Source of the DNA: a virus
Lineage: Duplodnaviria > Caudoviricetes
IMG/VR virus record: IMGVR_UViG_3300045996_001623
Location: 1-55,770 of that record
Reading direction: 5' to 3' (one strand)
DNA length: 55,770 bases
This document shows, piece after piece, positions 34,680 through 43,107 of this stretch (positions are counted from its first letter, which is position 1; every line of letters begins with the position of its first letter). The notes under the pieces were generated by a model. It was not told where the DNA came from and searched no databases. It saw only the letters and a program-made list of their open reading frames with translations. The translations under genes and the position numbers were made by a program.

Positions 34680-35620
34680 ATCCCCCCGGCCCTCAGTCCT
34701 GCGTCGGCTGCGAGCGCTTCGAACGCCTCGTCCCAACAGTCGGGCTGCGTCCAGTACAACGTCCGGTCGATCCGGCGCGCCGCCAGCCGATACGTCGATC
34801 CTGCGGCGCTCAGATCGCCCTGAGCGATGTAGAGGCGGGTCAGGTCGCACCACGGCTCCCGGCGGGCCGGTAGCTCGCCCACGGCCTTCCACAGCCACCG
34901 CTCCGGGTCGTCGTCGATCGCCGCCAGGATGCGGAACGCCTCGCAGCGGTCCGGTTCCCACGTCGCGAACGACAGGAACCGCATCATCTCCGCCCGGCAC
35001 TCCGGGTAGCGCCCGGCGTAGAACAACTGGCGGGCGAAGTAGAACGCCATCCGCTCATCGCCCGGGTACTCGGCGACGGCGTCGGTGAGGGTCTGCAGGT
35101 CGGTGCCGTAGTGCGGCTTCGGCCCTTCGATCGGCCAGTGATGCACGGTGGCGTCGATGTCGACGAAGGCGGTGGGTCCAACGAGCAGTTCGTGGGTCGG
35201 GTACCGCCACCGCAGGCCGTGACGCGCGTGGATGTAGGACCGCCACATCTCACCCCAGCCGGGACCGTGGTTCACGACGTGGGTCCGGTACCGGCAGATC
35301 CTGGGGTCGTACGCCTCGCCGATCGCGGTGTGCCAGCCATCGGTGATGGTCTCGTCGGCGTCGAGCCGCATGACGACGTCGATGTCTTCGGGCACCAGCG
35401 CGAGCGCAGCGTTCAGGGCGTCGTCGAAGCGGAACGGTCGGAACGCGGCGCAGTGCACTTCGATGTCGAGGTCGACCAACGCTTCGATCGTGCCGTCCGA
35501 AGACCCGGTGTCGAGCACCACAACGTAGTCGGCGTGCTGCACGGAACGGGCCCACCGTTCGACGTGCGGTTCCTCGTTCCGCATGATGGCGTAGACGGCG
35601 ATGGCGGGCATTCCGGTCAT
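34676..35620 (-). CDS. GT2 glycosyltransferase with TPR-like C-terminus
   Basis: I.RNEE, VVLDTGSSDGT, FDDA.N.AL, LDADE, HE; SD GGAGGA. Confidence 0.9.
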   Translation of the reverse strand: MTGMPAIAVYAIMRNEEPHVERWARSVQHADYVVVLDTGSSDGTIEALVDLDIEVHCAAFRPFRFDDALNAALALVPEDIDVVMRLDADETITDGWHTAIGEAYDPRICRYRTHVVNHGPGWGEMWRSYIHARHGLRWRYPTHELLVGPTAFVDIDATVHHWPIEGPKPHYGTDLQTLTDAVAEYPGDERMAFYFARQLFYAGRYPECRAEMMRFLSFATWEPDRCEAFRILAAIDDDPERWLWKAVGELPARREPWCDLTRLYIAQGDLSAAGSTYRLAARRIDRTLYWTQPDCWDEAFEALAADAGLRAGGI

Positions 35621-35661
35621 GGTGCGAGGTCCTCCGCGGATTGCGTGCGATGATGTCCGGC

Positions 35662-35895
35662 ATGCCAGACACGACGGTCGTGCTCAACCAGATGACCAAG
35701 GCGTCGCAGGATGCGCATGCCGCTCTCGATGCGTGGATGAACGATGCAGGCGGGGACCCGCAGGACGTCGACCAGAAGGTGCAGACGTACCGGACGCTGC
35801 GTCAACAGTGGCTGCTGCTGAACCAGCCGGTGATGCCCGACAACGCTGAGGGTCCGCCTCCGTCGGAGCCGCCGGGCCCCGAAGAGGATCTCTGA
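35662..35895 (+). CDS. Hypothetical protein
   Basis: Codon bias; fills gap between minus-strand genes. Confidence 0.55.
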   Translation: MPDTTVVLNQMTKASQDAHAALDAWMNDAGGDPQDVDQKVQTYRTLRQQWLLLNQPVMPDNAEGPPPSEPPGPEEDL

Positions 35896-35897
35896 CG

Positions 35898-36131
35898 TCA
35901 CCCCTTGCGGGCTTCGTCGACCCGCTGAGAGATCACTGACAGGCACTCCGGCGTGTCGGCGTACCAGGTGCGGATCGAGCGCTGCAGGAACTCCGGCAGG
36001 TCCTCGAACGGCATGCCGACCAGGAGGTCGAGAGCGTCGTCGCCGTACTGCTCGGTGCGCTCGTACTCGGTGCGGATGTCGCCCGGGTCGGTGCTGGTGT
36101 GGATCGAGCGGATCGGACCGGTCTGTGTCAT
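35898..36131 (-). CDS. Hypothetical protein (MTQTG...)
   Basis: Leaderless after TTGACT-16-TATACT (36166-36139). Confidence 0.7.
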   Translation of the reverse strand: MTQTGPIRSIHTSTDPGDIRTEYERTEQYGDDALDLLVGMPFEDLPEFLQRSIRTWYADTPECLSVISQRVDEARKG

Positions 36132-36154
36132 GACCCGCAGTATAGCGGTCTATG

Positions 36155-36400
36155 TCAACGAGTCAACTGGTCCAGGTAGTCCCGGACGCCCTTCGCCGCC
36201 AGCGAGTTCATTGACACCCCACGCGCCTCGGCCACGTCCCGGAGCCTGTCGGCGACGTCCTGGGGCAGCCGAATGTGGATCATGTTCGGGTAGTTCTGCC
36301 GGGCCTTCACCTGACAGTCCCGTGAGCAGTACACCTGGCGGCGGCCCCGGCCCTTCTGCTCGAACTCGGCGTCGCAGCCGTCCCGCTTACACGTCGTCAT
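36155..36400 (-). CDS. Zinc-finger plus ribbon-helix-helix DNA-binding protein
   Basis: C...GC..F..GR...YCSRDC and IHIRLPQDVADRL...A..RGVSMNSL. Confidence 0.8.
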   Translation of the reverse strand: MTTCKRDGCDAEFEQKGRGRRQVYCSRDCQVKARQNYPNMIHIRLPQDVADRLRDVAEARGVSMNSLAAKGVRDYLDQLTR

Positions 36401-36680
36401 GGTCAGCTTCGACGGCGTCGTGCCAGGCCCGACCGGACCGGACAGCGTCGACCTCGGCGATCGCCGCCCGATAGCGGTCGATGACGGTCCGGATCGCTTC
36501 CATCTCATCGGCGGTGTAGCGGCGGGATCGGCCCGAGCCCGGCGTGTTCGTCTCGTCGCCGAGCAGGATCACCCCCGTCCGCAGCCAGTAGTCGAGCACG
36601 CGGAACGAGATCCCGGTGTGTTCGAGGACGTCGCGGGTGCTGAACAGCCGCTCGCCCGGCTTCGTCTGTGTCATCGTCAT
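36387..36680 (-). CDS. MerR-type HTH DNA-binding protein
   Basis: FST.DV...TGISFRVLDYW.RTG..GSG..RRYT. Confidence 0.85.
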   Translation of the reverse strand: MTMTQTKPGERLFSTRDVLEHTGISFRVLDYWLRTGVILLGDETNTPGSGRSRRYTADEMEAIRTVIDRYRAAIAEVDAVRSGRAWHDAVEADHDDV

Positions 36681-36694
36681 GCCTCGCAGACCTC

Positions 36695-37012
36695 TCAGTC
36701 AGGAGAGTCGTCGTGGTCCCAACTCCACCGGCGTAGCCCCGCAGCTACAGCATCGGCAGGGTTGGCGTCTTTCCAGTTGTGATGTCCCCGGCAGAGCACC
36801 TGGACGTTGTCGTCCTCCAAGTGTCCGCCGGGCCGTCCGCTTCGCAAGATGATCTCGTCGACGTCGAGCGGCCCCCAGCACCGCACCCCGCCAACCCCCG
36901 GCGCCTCGCACCGGAAGCCCGCCCGTCGCAGCGCCCGTTCGCGCACAGCGTCCCGTTCCTCACGCTCTGCGCGCCGCTTGTCTGACATCGGCCGGATTCG
37001 GCCCCGCTTCAC
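36695..37012 (-). CDS. HNH endonuclease-like protein
   Basis: CE..C...DVDE..RS..GG...DNVQVLCRGHH; GTGA overlap. Confidence 0.75.
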   Translation of the reverse strand: MKRGRIRPMSDKRRAEREERDAVRERALRRAGFRCEAPGVGGVRCWGPLDVDEIILRSGRPGGHLEDDNVQVLCRGHHNWKDANPADAVAAGLRRWSWDHDDSPD

Positions 37013-37281
37013 GGCGCCGCCCGGTCCAGCTTCTCGACCGCCGCGATCGCGATCGCAGCACACTCGATCAGGAGACGACGCGCATCGACCGCCGCGGCGG
37101 CCGACGAGTTCGACAACTCGACGGCACGCCGGGCGATCAGCCAACCGAAGTCCTCCACCGGATGCGCGTCGTCGTGCTCCGGCGTCCAACCGTGAAGGTC
37201 CTGCTGCCGCTGCCGTTCGACCAGCAACTCGGCGAGGACCAGCCGGGTGGCGTTCGTGTCGACGAAATGCTCAGTCGACAC
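37009..37281 (-). CDS. Hypothetical phage protein
   Basis: ERQRQ..GWTPEHDD.H motif. Confidence 0.75.
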   Translation of the reverse strand: MSTEHFVDTNATRLVLAELLVERQRQQDLHGWTPEHDDAHPVEDFGWLIARRAVELSNSSAAAAVDARRLLIECAAIAIAAVEKLDRAAP

Positions 37282-37438
37282 TCAGGACTGCGCTTTCACG
37301 GTGCCGCTCGTCGGTCTGCCCGAGCGTGAACAGGGCGCCGCAGTCAGAGCAGGCCAGAAGCGCAGACGCGGCGAACGGTCCGTCGGCGGGCACAGCGAAC
37401 AGGAGCAGGGTGCCAGTGCACTCCAAGAGCTTGCTCAT
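37271..37438 (-). CDS. Small hypothetical protein (55 aa, not in ORF track)
   Basis: ATGA overlap with upstream gene; CSDC. Confidence 0.5.
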   Translation of the reverse strand: MSKLLECTGTLLLFAVPADGPFAASALLACSDCGALFTLGQTDERHRESAVLSVD

Positions 37439-38082
37439 CTGTCATCACCATGGTCCTCGTACACCACGTTATCAAGGTCGGCGTCCCCCGTGTGAGCGGA
37501 ATCCACAGGATGGGGGACAACGTCTTCCACGGGCTGTGAGGACTCGGTAGGGGCGGGTTTCCTGGGCTTTCGGTTCTTCGCCCGCAGCCCGCCCCGCCCG
37601 ATCAGCGTCTCGCCGTAGACGACCTTGTGCCTTGTCCCCTCGGACTTGGGGACAACCTGGCGGAGCGCGGTGACGTTCCACTTCGACGATGTGGCGCCGG
37701 GCCCGCATGCTGGGAGGACCTTGCGGAGGACGTCGGCCGGGATGGCGGCGGTCAGTTCGCCGGTCTCGGTGTCGATCATCGGGGTCGACAGGTCGGTGAT
37801 GACTCCGTCGCCGTCCCACTGGTGCGACGTCTCGGTCTGGCGGTGCACGGTGATGGTGCCGTCCCTGGTCAGGGCGGTGAACTCGTCGGGGATGCGATGG
37901 CCGAGCACGATGCCGTGGTCGCGGCGCAGGATCGACAGGTCGGTGATGAGCCGGTCCAGGCGGTGCCACACTTCGACGGACGCGTCGACGTCGCCACGGC
38001 CCCATTCGCGGGGGTCGGTGGTGAGCATCGACAGGCGGACGGAGATCTCGTCCAGCTTGTCGGCCATCTCCTGCGGCGTCAT
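37435..38082 (-). CDS. Hypothetical protein
   Basis: Start reassigned to ATG 38082 (ATGA overlap). Confidence 0.7.
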   Translation of the reverse strand: MTPQEMADKLDEISVRLSMLTTDPREWGRGDVDASVEVWHRLDRLITDLSILRRDHGIVLGHRIPDEFTALTRDGTITVHRQTETSHQWDGDGVITDLSTPMIDTETGELTAAIPADVLRKVLPACGPGATSSKWNVTALRQVVPKSEGTRHKVVYGETLIGRGGLRAKNRKPRKPAPTESSQPVEDVVPHPVDSAHTGDADLDNVVYEDHGDDR

Positions 38083-38291
38083 CGCTGCGGTCTCCCGCAC
38101 TTGCCGACCAGGTCCTCCCTGTCGGCGAACGGGCCGAACGGGGATGCGCAGTGCCAGTACCAGCCGCCGTAGACCTCGGCCGTGGAGTCCCAGACCCGCT
38201 CGTTGCCGGGCAGGGTCTCGTGCAGGTACAGGGCCAGCGACTTCCGCAGCGGACGCCCGCAGTGCTCGCACGTCGCCCTCGTCGCCCTCAT
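38079..38291 (-). CDS. Small CxxC protein
   Basis: ATGA overlaps. Confidence 0.6.
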   Translation of the reverse strand: MRATRATCEHCGRPLRKSLALYLHETLPGNERVWDSTAEVYGGWYWHCASPFGPFADREDLVGKCGRPQR

Positions 38292-38476
38292 GATCGGGCG
38301 TCCATGTCGGGGCCCTGGACGTGAGCGACGGCCGTGGCTTCAAGGTGGGCGGCCACAGCCTGGTTCAGCCTCACGTAAGCGCCTCTGGTCGGCCTGCCAG
38401 ACATCTCGCGCTGGTGCAGTTCCACGGCAGCGGCGATGACCACGTTCCCGGTGGCGACGCCCTGCGGATAGCCCAT
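38288..38476 (-). CDS. Hypothetical protein
   Basis: Leaderless after TGT-TACCGT (38491-38483). Confidence 0.6.
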   Translation of the reverse strand: MGYPQGVATGNVVIAAAVELHQREMSGRPTRGAYVRLNQAVAAHLEATAVAHVQGPDMDARS

Positions 38477-38513
38477 GCTGTAACGGTAACAGGTGGGTGT
38501 CGCAGTGAGGGGC

Positions 38514-38549
38514 GAATAGCCCCGGTCTCTCCATCGACCGGGGCTATTC
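38514..38549. terminator. Perfect 14-bp hairpin
   Basis: GAATAGCCCCGGTC / GACCGGGGCTATTC just after 38555 stop. Confidence 0.75.
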
Positions 38550-38554
38550 CGCGG

Positions 38555-38974
38555 TCACGGGGCGATGCGTTCGATCGTCCGGCCGTCTTCGCCGAGCAGC
38601 CAGGCCCGGGTCACGAGGTACCACGACGTCTCGCCGCGGTAGACGACCTCGATCAGCTTGACGTTCAGGTCGTAGTGCCGGGTGGACAGCGTTGCCCCGC
38701 TGGTCTGCGTCGGCGTCATCCCGCCACCCGTGACGGTGGTGTCCAGGGTGAAGTTCCTCGGGGACGGTTCCCACGTCTGGTCGACGTGGTTCCGGCAATC
38801 GAGGACGTCGGAATCGAACTGCGGCCAGGTCGCCAGGATCTCGTCGGCGTCGGTGACGACGTTGACCCGGATGAAGTCCGCCGGAGCGAAGATCGTGGTG
38901 TCGTCGATCACCCGGTGGATGCCGTCCTGCTCGTCTTCGACGGACCGCGTGAAGTGAACCTTCAACGTGAACAT
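38555..38974 (-). CDS. Hypothetical protein
   Basis: SD GAAAGG; -10 TAACGT at 39037-39032. Confidence 0.7.
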   Translation of the reverse strand: MFTLKVHFTRSVEDEQDGIHRVIDDTTIFAPADFIRVNVVTDADEILATWPQFDSDVLDCRNHVDQTWEPSPRNFTLDTTVTGGGMTPTQTSGATLSTRHYDLNVKLIEVVYRGETSWYLVTRAWLLGEDGRTIERIAP

Positions 38975-39034
38975 GCTCTCTGCCTTTCTGTCTTCCGTGC
39001 CCGGACCTCGCGGTAACCGAGTCAGCCTCGAACG

Positions 39035-39238
39035 TTAGACGATCGGGCCTTCGAAGCGGCGATGGTCGGTCTCGGCGACGTGCCGGTCCTCCGACGCTGC
39101 GGTCTCGAACACCGTGCCGCACGTGACACACCGGGTCCAGTACGGGCCCTTCGCCGTTCGGCGTGTCGTACGGGTCCTACCGGCCTTCACGGTGATGCCC
39201 AGGGCGCGGGCTTCCGCCTCGGTCAGCCGCGCGGCCAT
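39035..39238 (-). CDS. Small C2H2-like zinc-finger protein
   Basis: CVTCG..F......H....H. Confidence 0.65.
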   Translation of the reverse strand: MAARLTEAEARALGITVKAGRTRTTRRTAKGPYWTRCVTCGTVFETAASEDRHVAETDHRRFEGPIV

Positions 39239-39426
39239 CGCCGAGCCGGGTCCTCGCCGACGGGGAGCGCCAGGATGCGGGTCTCGAACCCGGAGCGTCG
39301 CAGCCGGTCCTGGCGGACCACGACCTCGTTCGCTGCGTCGTGCCCGGCCATGTCAGGGAACAGGCACACCCACCGGTTCACGCCCTTCGCCCACGCCCAC
39401 ACGGCGTAGCGGTCAGAAGTCCTCAT
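39223..39426 (-). CDS. Hypothetical protein
   Basis: Fills operon gap. Confidence 0.5.
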   Translation of the reverse strand: MRTSDRYAVWAWAKGVNRWVCLFPDMAGHDAANEVVVRQDRLRRSGFETRILALPVGEDPARRWPRG

Positions 39427-40372
39427 CGCGCCGGTCCAGGTGGCGGAGCGTCGCGCCGAGCGCCTTCGACACCATCGCCGACGCCCCCAGGGGCTGCTCG
39501 CCACGCTGCACGGGCTCCAAGGCGGCCGGGGCCCGCTGGAAGCTGCGGGGCTCGTCAGGGACGCCCTGCAGGGCCAGTGAGCCGTGGGTGTCATGCAACA
39601 GGCGCGATCCGATGGCCTGCAGCGACGCCAGGGCGCGGGCGTGGTCGCCACGGAACTCGCGGACCACTTCGGTGTACGACGTCACCCAGACCTCGCGGAT
39701 CGGGTCGAACGTCCCGATCCGTTCGATCACTTCGGCGGCGTAGACCGGGTTCGGGTTGAACGGCTTGCCGAGTTCCCGGCCGTACATGGCCCGGAACTCG
39801 TCGGCGGCGATCTGCATGCCCTCGGCGACCGACACCCGCCGCGGTGGCGGCTGGTCCGGGTCCTGCCGGGTCGACGGCTTGCATGGCTGCGGCATCGGGT
39901 ACTCGGCGGACATCTCCCCGGACCGGTCCTGCGACAGGTCGTTGTGCAGGTCGGCGAGCGACGTTCCGGCCAGCCACCGCTCCCACTTGTCGCCGCCCTC
40001 CATGTAGATCGACGACAGGAACGGGTTGCACAGGTTGCACGGCTTGCGCAGCGAGTCCTTCCCGATCACCCAGCCCGATCCGTTGCAACCCTTCATCGGG
40101 ACGCCCTGAGCGGCGAGCGCTTCGGCGACTCGCATCTCCCGTTCGGTCGTGACGATCGGGTGGTGCCGGTAGGCGTCGAGCACGACGGGCAGCGACGGCT
40201 TGAACCCGCCCTTCCAGTTCTGCGCGAAGTCGGTGCAGACGTCCATCATCGCTGCGGCGTTGTCGGCTTCCCGCATGAACGAGCGGACGTACGTGGCGAT
40301 GGCCTGCTCGTTGAACCCGCCGAGCCCTCCCACGAGGACCCCCACGGCTTGCATTGCTTCGTCCTCGGTCAC
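39413..40372 (-). CDS. Hypothetical protein, replication-linked by position
   Basis: C.G.GWV..PC..CNP; GTGA overlap. Confidence 0.7.
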   Translation of the reverse strand: MTEDEAMQAVGVLVGGLGGFNEQAIATYVRSFMREADNAAAMMDVCTDFAQNWKGGFKPSLPVVLDAYRHHPIVTTEREMRVAEALAAQGVPMKGCNGSGWVIGKDSLRKPCNLCNPFLSSIYMEGGDKWERWLAGTSLADLHNDLSQDRSGEMSAEYPMPQPCKPSTRQDPDQPPPRRVSVAEGMQIAADEFRAMYGRELGKPFNPNPVYAAEVIERIGTFDPIREVWVTSYTEVVREFRGDHARALASLQAIGSRLLHDTHGSLALQGVPDEPRSFQRAPAALEPVQRGEQPLGASAMVSKALGATLRHLDRRDEDF

Positions 40373-40533
40373 GCCTCGGCCCCTTCCCGCAGCGCCCTCT
40401 CGGCCTTCGGCCAGCGCTTGTTGACGTTGTCCACCAGTTCGAGCCTGGGGTGTGGCCCGAGCGGGAGCCGAAGCACCCATCCCATGAGTTCCCGGACTGC
40501 GTCGTGGAGTTCGTCGATCTCGTCATTGGTCAT
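40369..40533 (-). CDS. Small hypothetical protein (54 aa, not in ORF track)
   Basis: 4-nt overlaps at both ends; SD AGGA. Confidence 0.6.
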   Translation of the reverse strand: MTNDEIDELHDAVRELMGWVLRLPLGPHPRLELVDNVNKRWPKAERALREGAEA

Positions 40534-41285
40534 GTCGTTGGTCCTGTCTGGGTCTCGCGCAGCAGTCGCCGCGCCCGGTCCATGATGTCATTCGATTCGC
40601 GTTGCGCAACAGGCGGCGGGTTCGCCTCCCATCGGCTCCGGTTGAGCCACGTCGTCGGGTGGGGCACCTTGTCCGGCTCGTTCTTCGCCGTCCAGTAGTC
40701 CAGCCACTTCTGCAGCCCGCCCTCGGCGGCAGCCTTGTCGGCGTCGGTGAGCCGCTCGAACGCTCGGGATGCCTGGGCCTTGTCGATCGCTCTCGGGTAC
40801 TGCTTCCACCACGCCTCGAACCGTGGCGTGTACTCCTGCGCCTTCCCCCGCTTGCGGGGGCTAGGGGGACTCTCGTTGTTCTTGCTCTCTCTGTCTTGCT
40901 CTCTCTCGTGGGTCACCGGTGAACCGGGGGGTGGGTCACCGGTGACCTGGGGGGCCCCCTCACAGATGACCCCCGGGTCACGGGTGAACCGGGGGTCAAA
41001 TGGGGCGTCGCCTGCCAAGTGGTAGAGGTTCGGAAGCTGCGATCCGTCGTCGCCGCGACGCTGCTCAACGCGGAGCGCACCGACCTCGACGAGCCGTTCG
41101 ACGCAGCGCTTCGCTGTCGGCCTGGACTTGCCGATGCGGTCGGCGATGGTGCCGAGTGAGGGGCGGATCTCGTTGCCGTAGCGGGCGAGGACACCGAAGG
41201 TGCGGACGTCGTCACCGGTCAGGTCTGGGTGGTACAGGACCCACTCCGGGATCGCTGCGAACTTGTAGCCGAGTGAGACGGTCAT
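40530..41285 (-). CDS. Replication initiator (N-terminal wHTH, lambda-O/replisome-organiser-like)
   Basis: PS..TIA..IG.SR.T.KR...L...G; C-terminal FE.WW..YPR..DK..A..PHPTTWLN..RWE. Confidence 0.85.
   Translation of the reverse strand: MTVSLGYKFAAIPEWVLYHPDLTGDDVRTFGVLARYGNEIRPSLGTIADRIGKSRPTAKRCVERLVEVGALRVEQRRGDDGSQLPNLYHLAGDAPFDPRFTRDPGVICEGAPQVTGDPPPGSPVTHEREQDRESKNNESPPSPRKRGKAQEYTPRFEAWWKQYPRAIDKAQASRAFERLTDADKAAAEGGLQKWLDYWTAKNEPDKVPHPTTWLNRSRWEANPPPVAQRESNDIMDRARRLLRETQTGPTT
40910..40990. repeat. Iteron-like repeats GGGTCACCGGTGA(A)CC inside initiator gene (putative ori)
   Basis: Copies at 40910, 40933, 40975 and a degenerate copy at 40958; adjacent pyrimidine tract 40870-40907. Confidence 0.7.
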
Positions 41286-41311
41286 CGGGCGCCCTTTCGA
41301 GCATGTAACTC

Positions 41312-41340
41312 TGGATATACGGCGGCTGCCCTGCTACGAT
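41312..41340 (+). promoter_or_regulatory. Promoter of antisense RNA
   Basis: TGGATA-17-TACGAT with TG extension. Confidence 0.6.
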
Positions 41341-41347
41341 GGGGTCC

Positions 41348-41437
41348 ACTTCGGGACAGACCTCGCAGGCGGGTAGCAACGCCTCGGTCGTGTTCTGGCT
41401 CCATCCCACTCGCCGGGGGTGGAGCGCGTCCCGGAGT
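41348..41437 (+). ncRNA. Putative 90-nt three-way-junction RNA antisense to initiator leader
   Basis: P1 41348-57/41428-37, P2 41359-89, P3 41398-407/41416-25; +1 equals first paired base. Confidence 0.5.
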
Positions 41438-41463
41438 ATGGCACTCGTCGCCCGGCGTGTCGA
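41435..41463 (-). promoter_or_regulatory. Promoter of replication operon
   Basis: TCGACA-17-CATACT with TG extension. Confidence 0.6.
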
Positions 41464-41514
41464 CATTCCGTCACACGAATGTCATGGACAACGGGAAGTA
41501 CAACACGTTATAGT
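41462..41514 (+). promoter_or_regulatory. Dyad GACATTC-N8-GAATGTC and rightward promoter TGGACA-18-TATAGT (leaderless 41522)
   Basis: Read directly; dyad lies between divergent -35 boxes. Confidence 0.6.
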
Positions 41515-41521
41515 TCAGGTC

Positions 41522-41698
41522 GTGAGCAAGACCCAGAAGCCCGTCCCCACCAAGCGGGGCACCCACGGCCGCGTCGGCATGACGCTGGCACAAGTCGCCG
41601 CCGAGCACATCGCAGAAGCCGCACTCACCCGCAACGAAGATGGCGACATCATCGACGCCAACGGCAAGAACTGGGGCAAGACGGGGGCGGGCAAGTGA
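41522..41698 (+). CDS. Hypothetical protein
   Basis: Leaderless GTG. Confidence 0.6.
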   Translation: MSKTQKPVPTKRGTHGRVGMTLAQVAAEHIAEAALTRNEDGDIIDANGKNWGKTGAGK

Positions 41699-41877
41699 AG
41701 TGCTGCCACAACGTCCTCCGCAACGGCTACTGGACCGGCCGCCGCTGCAGCCGGGACGCCACCACCGCCGTCCAAGTCGGGCCCGGCGCCGACCTCAGCA
41801 AGACCGGCAACCGACTCCGCGCCGAAGGCGAGGAAGTCCCCATGTGCGCCCAGCACGCCAGGAAGTTCGACAAGTGA
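41695..41877 (+). CDS. Small Cys/His protein
   Basis: GTGA overlaps; C..G.RC..CAQH. Confidence 0.6.
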   Translation: MKCCHNVLRNGYWTGRRCSRDATTAVQVGPGADLSKTGNRLRAEGEEVPMCAQHARKFDK

Positions 41878-42035
41878 CCACTCTCGACATCGCCACCCTC
41901 GGCGCCGCAGCCCTCACCGGCTACGTCATCTGGCGCCAGTACCTCCGCCCGATCTGGGTGAACCGCCGCCAGCCGCTCTACGAGCCGCGCATCACCGAGC
42001 CGTGGGTCAACCCGAAGGTCCGCTGGCCGTCGTGA
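41874..42035 (+). CDS. Small membrane protein
   Basis: GTGA overlaps, one TM helix. Confidence 0.55.
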   Translation: MTTLDIATLGAAALTGYVIWRQYLRPIWVNRRQPLYEPRITEPWVNPKVRWPS

Positions 42036-42166
42036 AGAACACCGCCAAGTGCCCGCACTGCGGGCAGACCGTCCGCACCGTCAAGTACAAGGGCGTGCGC
42101 ATGCTGGCCGGGCACGACCACCCGGACGGCGGCATGTGCCAGGGCGCTTACACGAGGCCGACATGA
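42032..42166 (+). CDS. Small zinc-ribbon protein (44 aa)
   Basis: CPHCG..H..C; overlaps at both ends. Confidence 0.55.
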   Translation: MKNTAKCPHCGQTVRTVKYKGVRMLAGHDHPDGGMCQGAYTRPT

Positions 42167-42279
42167 CCGGCGACCCGTTGTTCCCCGACCAGGGACCGGG
42201 GACGGTCGACCCGTCGCTGCTGACACCGATCGCCTTCCTGATGATCCTGCTCTGGGCTCTCGGGACGATGCCCGGTTGA
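42163..42279 (+). CDS. Small membrane protein
   Basis: ATGA overlap, hydrophobic C-terminus. Confidence 0.45.
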   Translation: MTGDPLFPDQGPGTVDPSLLTPIAFLMILLWALGTMPG

Positions 42280-42304
42280 CGACGACCGCATAGCCCGATA
42301 TACT
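42276..42304 (+). promoter_or_regulatory. SigA promoter followed by CAGAC-rich leader
   Basis: TTGACG-17-TATACT. Confidence 0.75.
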
Positions 42305-42339
42305 CCACTCGACCAGACACAGACCGACAGGACCAGACC

Positions 42340-43107
42340 ATGTGGATCATCTCCAAGGGCAGCTTCGTCTCCCTGGTACAGCACCAGGACGACAGCACGA
42401 AGCTTCGAGCCCGAGCCCGCACCAGGGCCCATCTCATCAAGATCTTCCCCGACGCCACCATCGAGGATCTCGGCGTCAACGCCCCCGACTACCGGTGGCA
42501 CGCCAACGTCGACCGTGCCGATGCCGCCGCCAAGGTCGCCCAGACCGTCATGGACGTCGACTACACGTCGCACGTGAAGGAGGCCGTTACCGGTGGTCAC
42601 GGCCCCGGCGCCGACCACCAGTTCTACTCGGCCATGATGCAGTGCTGGCGGGCCCTCAACACGCTGCAGGATCGCGGGCGGCCCGCCGCCAACTACGGCT
42701 ACGGCGGGTCCCGCGGTGGCTCGCAGGGCGCTCTGTGGCCCAGGGATGACTACGCCCTGTGGCCCGACCTGGACACCGAGCCCGAGCCCGGTGCGAGGAT
42801 CACGAAGCTGTCCGACAGCATCGCCGCTCGCATGACCGGCGACTTCCGCCACCAGCAGGATCTCGCCAACGAAGAGTACGAGATCCAGTGGGATGGCGAC
42901 CCTGACGCAGGTGACGAGGTCATCACGTCAACGGATGGCCGGTACACGCTCATGTACGTGTCGAAGGCCACCGACGACACCGACGACTGGGGTGAGTGGC
43001 GGATCTTGTGCGTCGACGAGAGCGCTGTGCTCGAAGGGTTCGAGGACATCGAGGACGCCGAGCACTTCGTGGAGCAGTACGAGGCCGGAGAGGTTGAGTG
43101 GGTCTGA
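42340..43107 (+). CDS. Hypothetical phage protein
   Basis: MWI...F.S.V..L..RAR...DY.W. Confidence 0.8.
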   Translation: MWIISKGSFVSLVQHQDDSTKLRARARTRAHLIKIFPDATIEDLGVNAPDYRWHANVDRADAAAKVAQTVMDVDYTSHVKEAVTGGHGPGADHQFYSAMMQCWRALNTLQDRGRPAANYGYGGSRGGSQGALWPRDDYALWPDLDTEPEPGARITKLSDSIAARMTGDFRHQQDLANEEYEIQWDGDPDAGDEVITSTDGRYTLMYVSKATDDTDDWGEWRILCVDESAVLEGFEDIEDAEHFVEQYEAGEVEWV

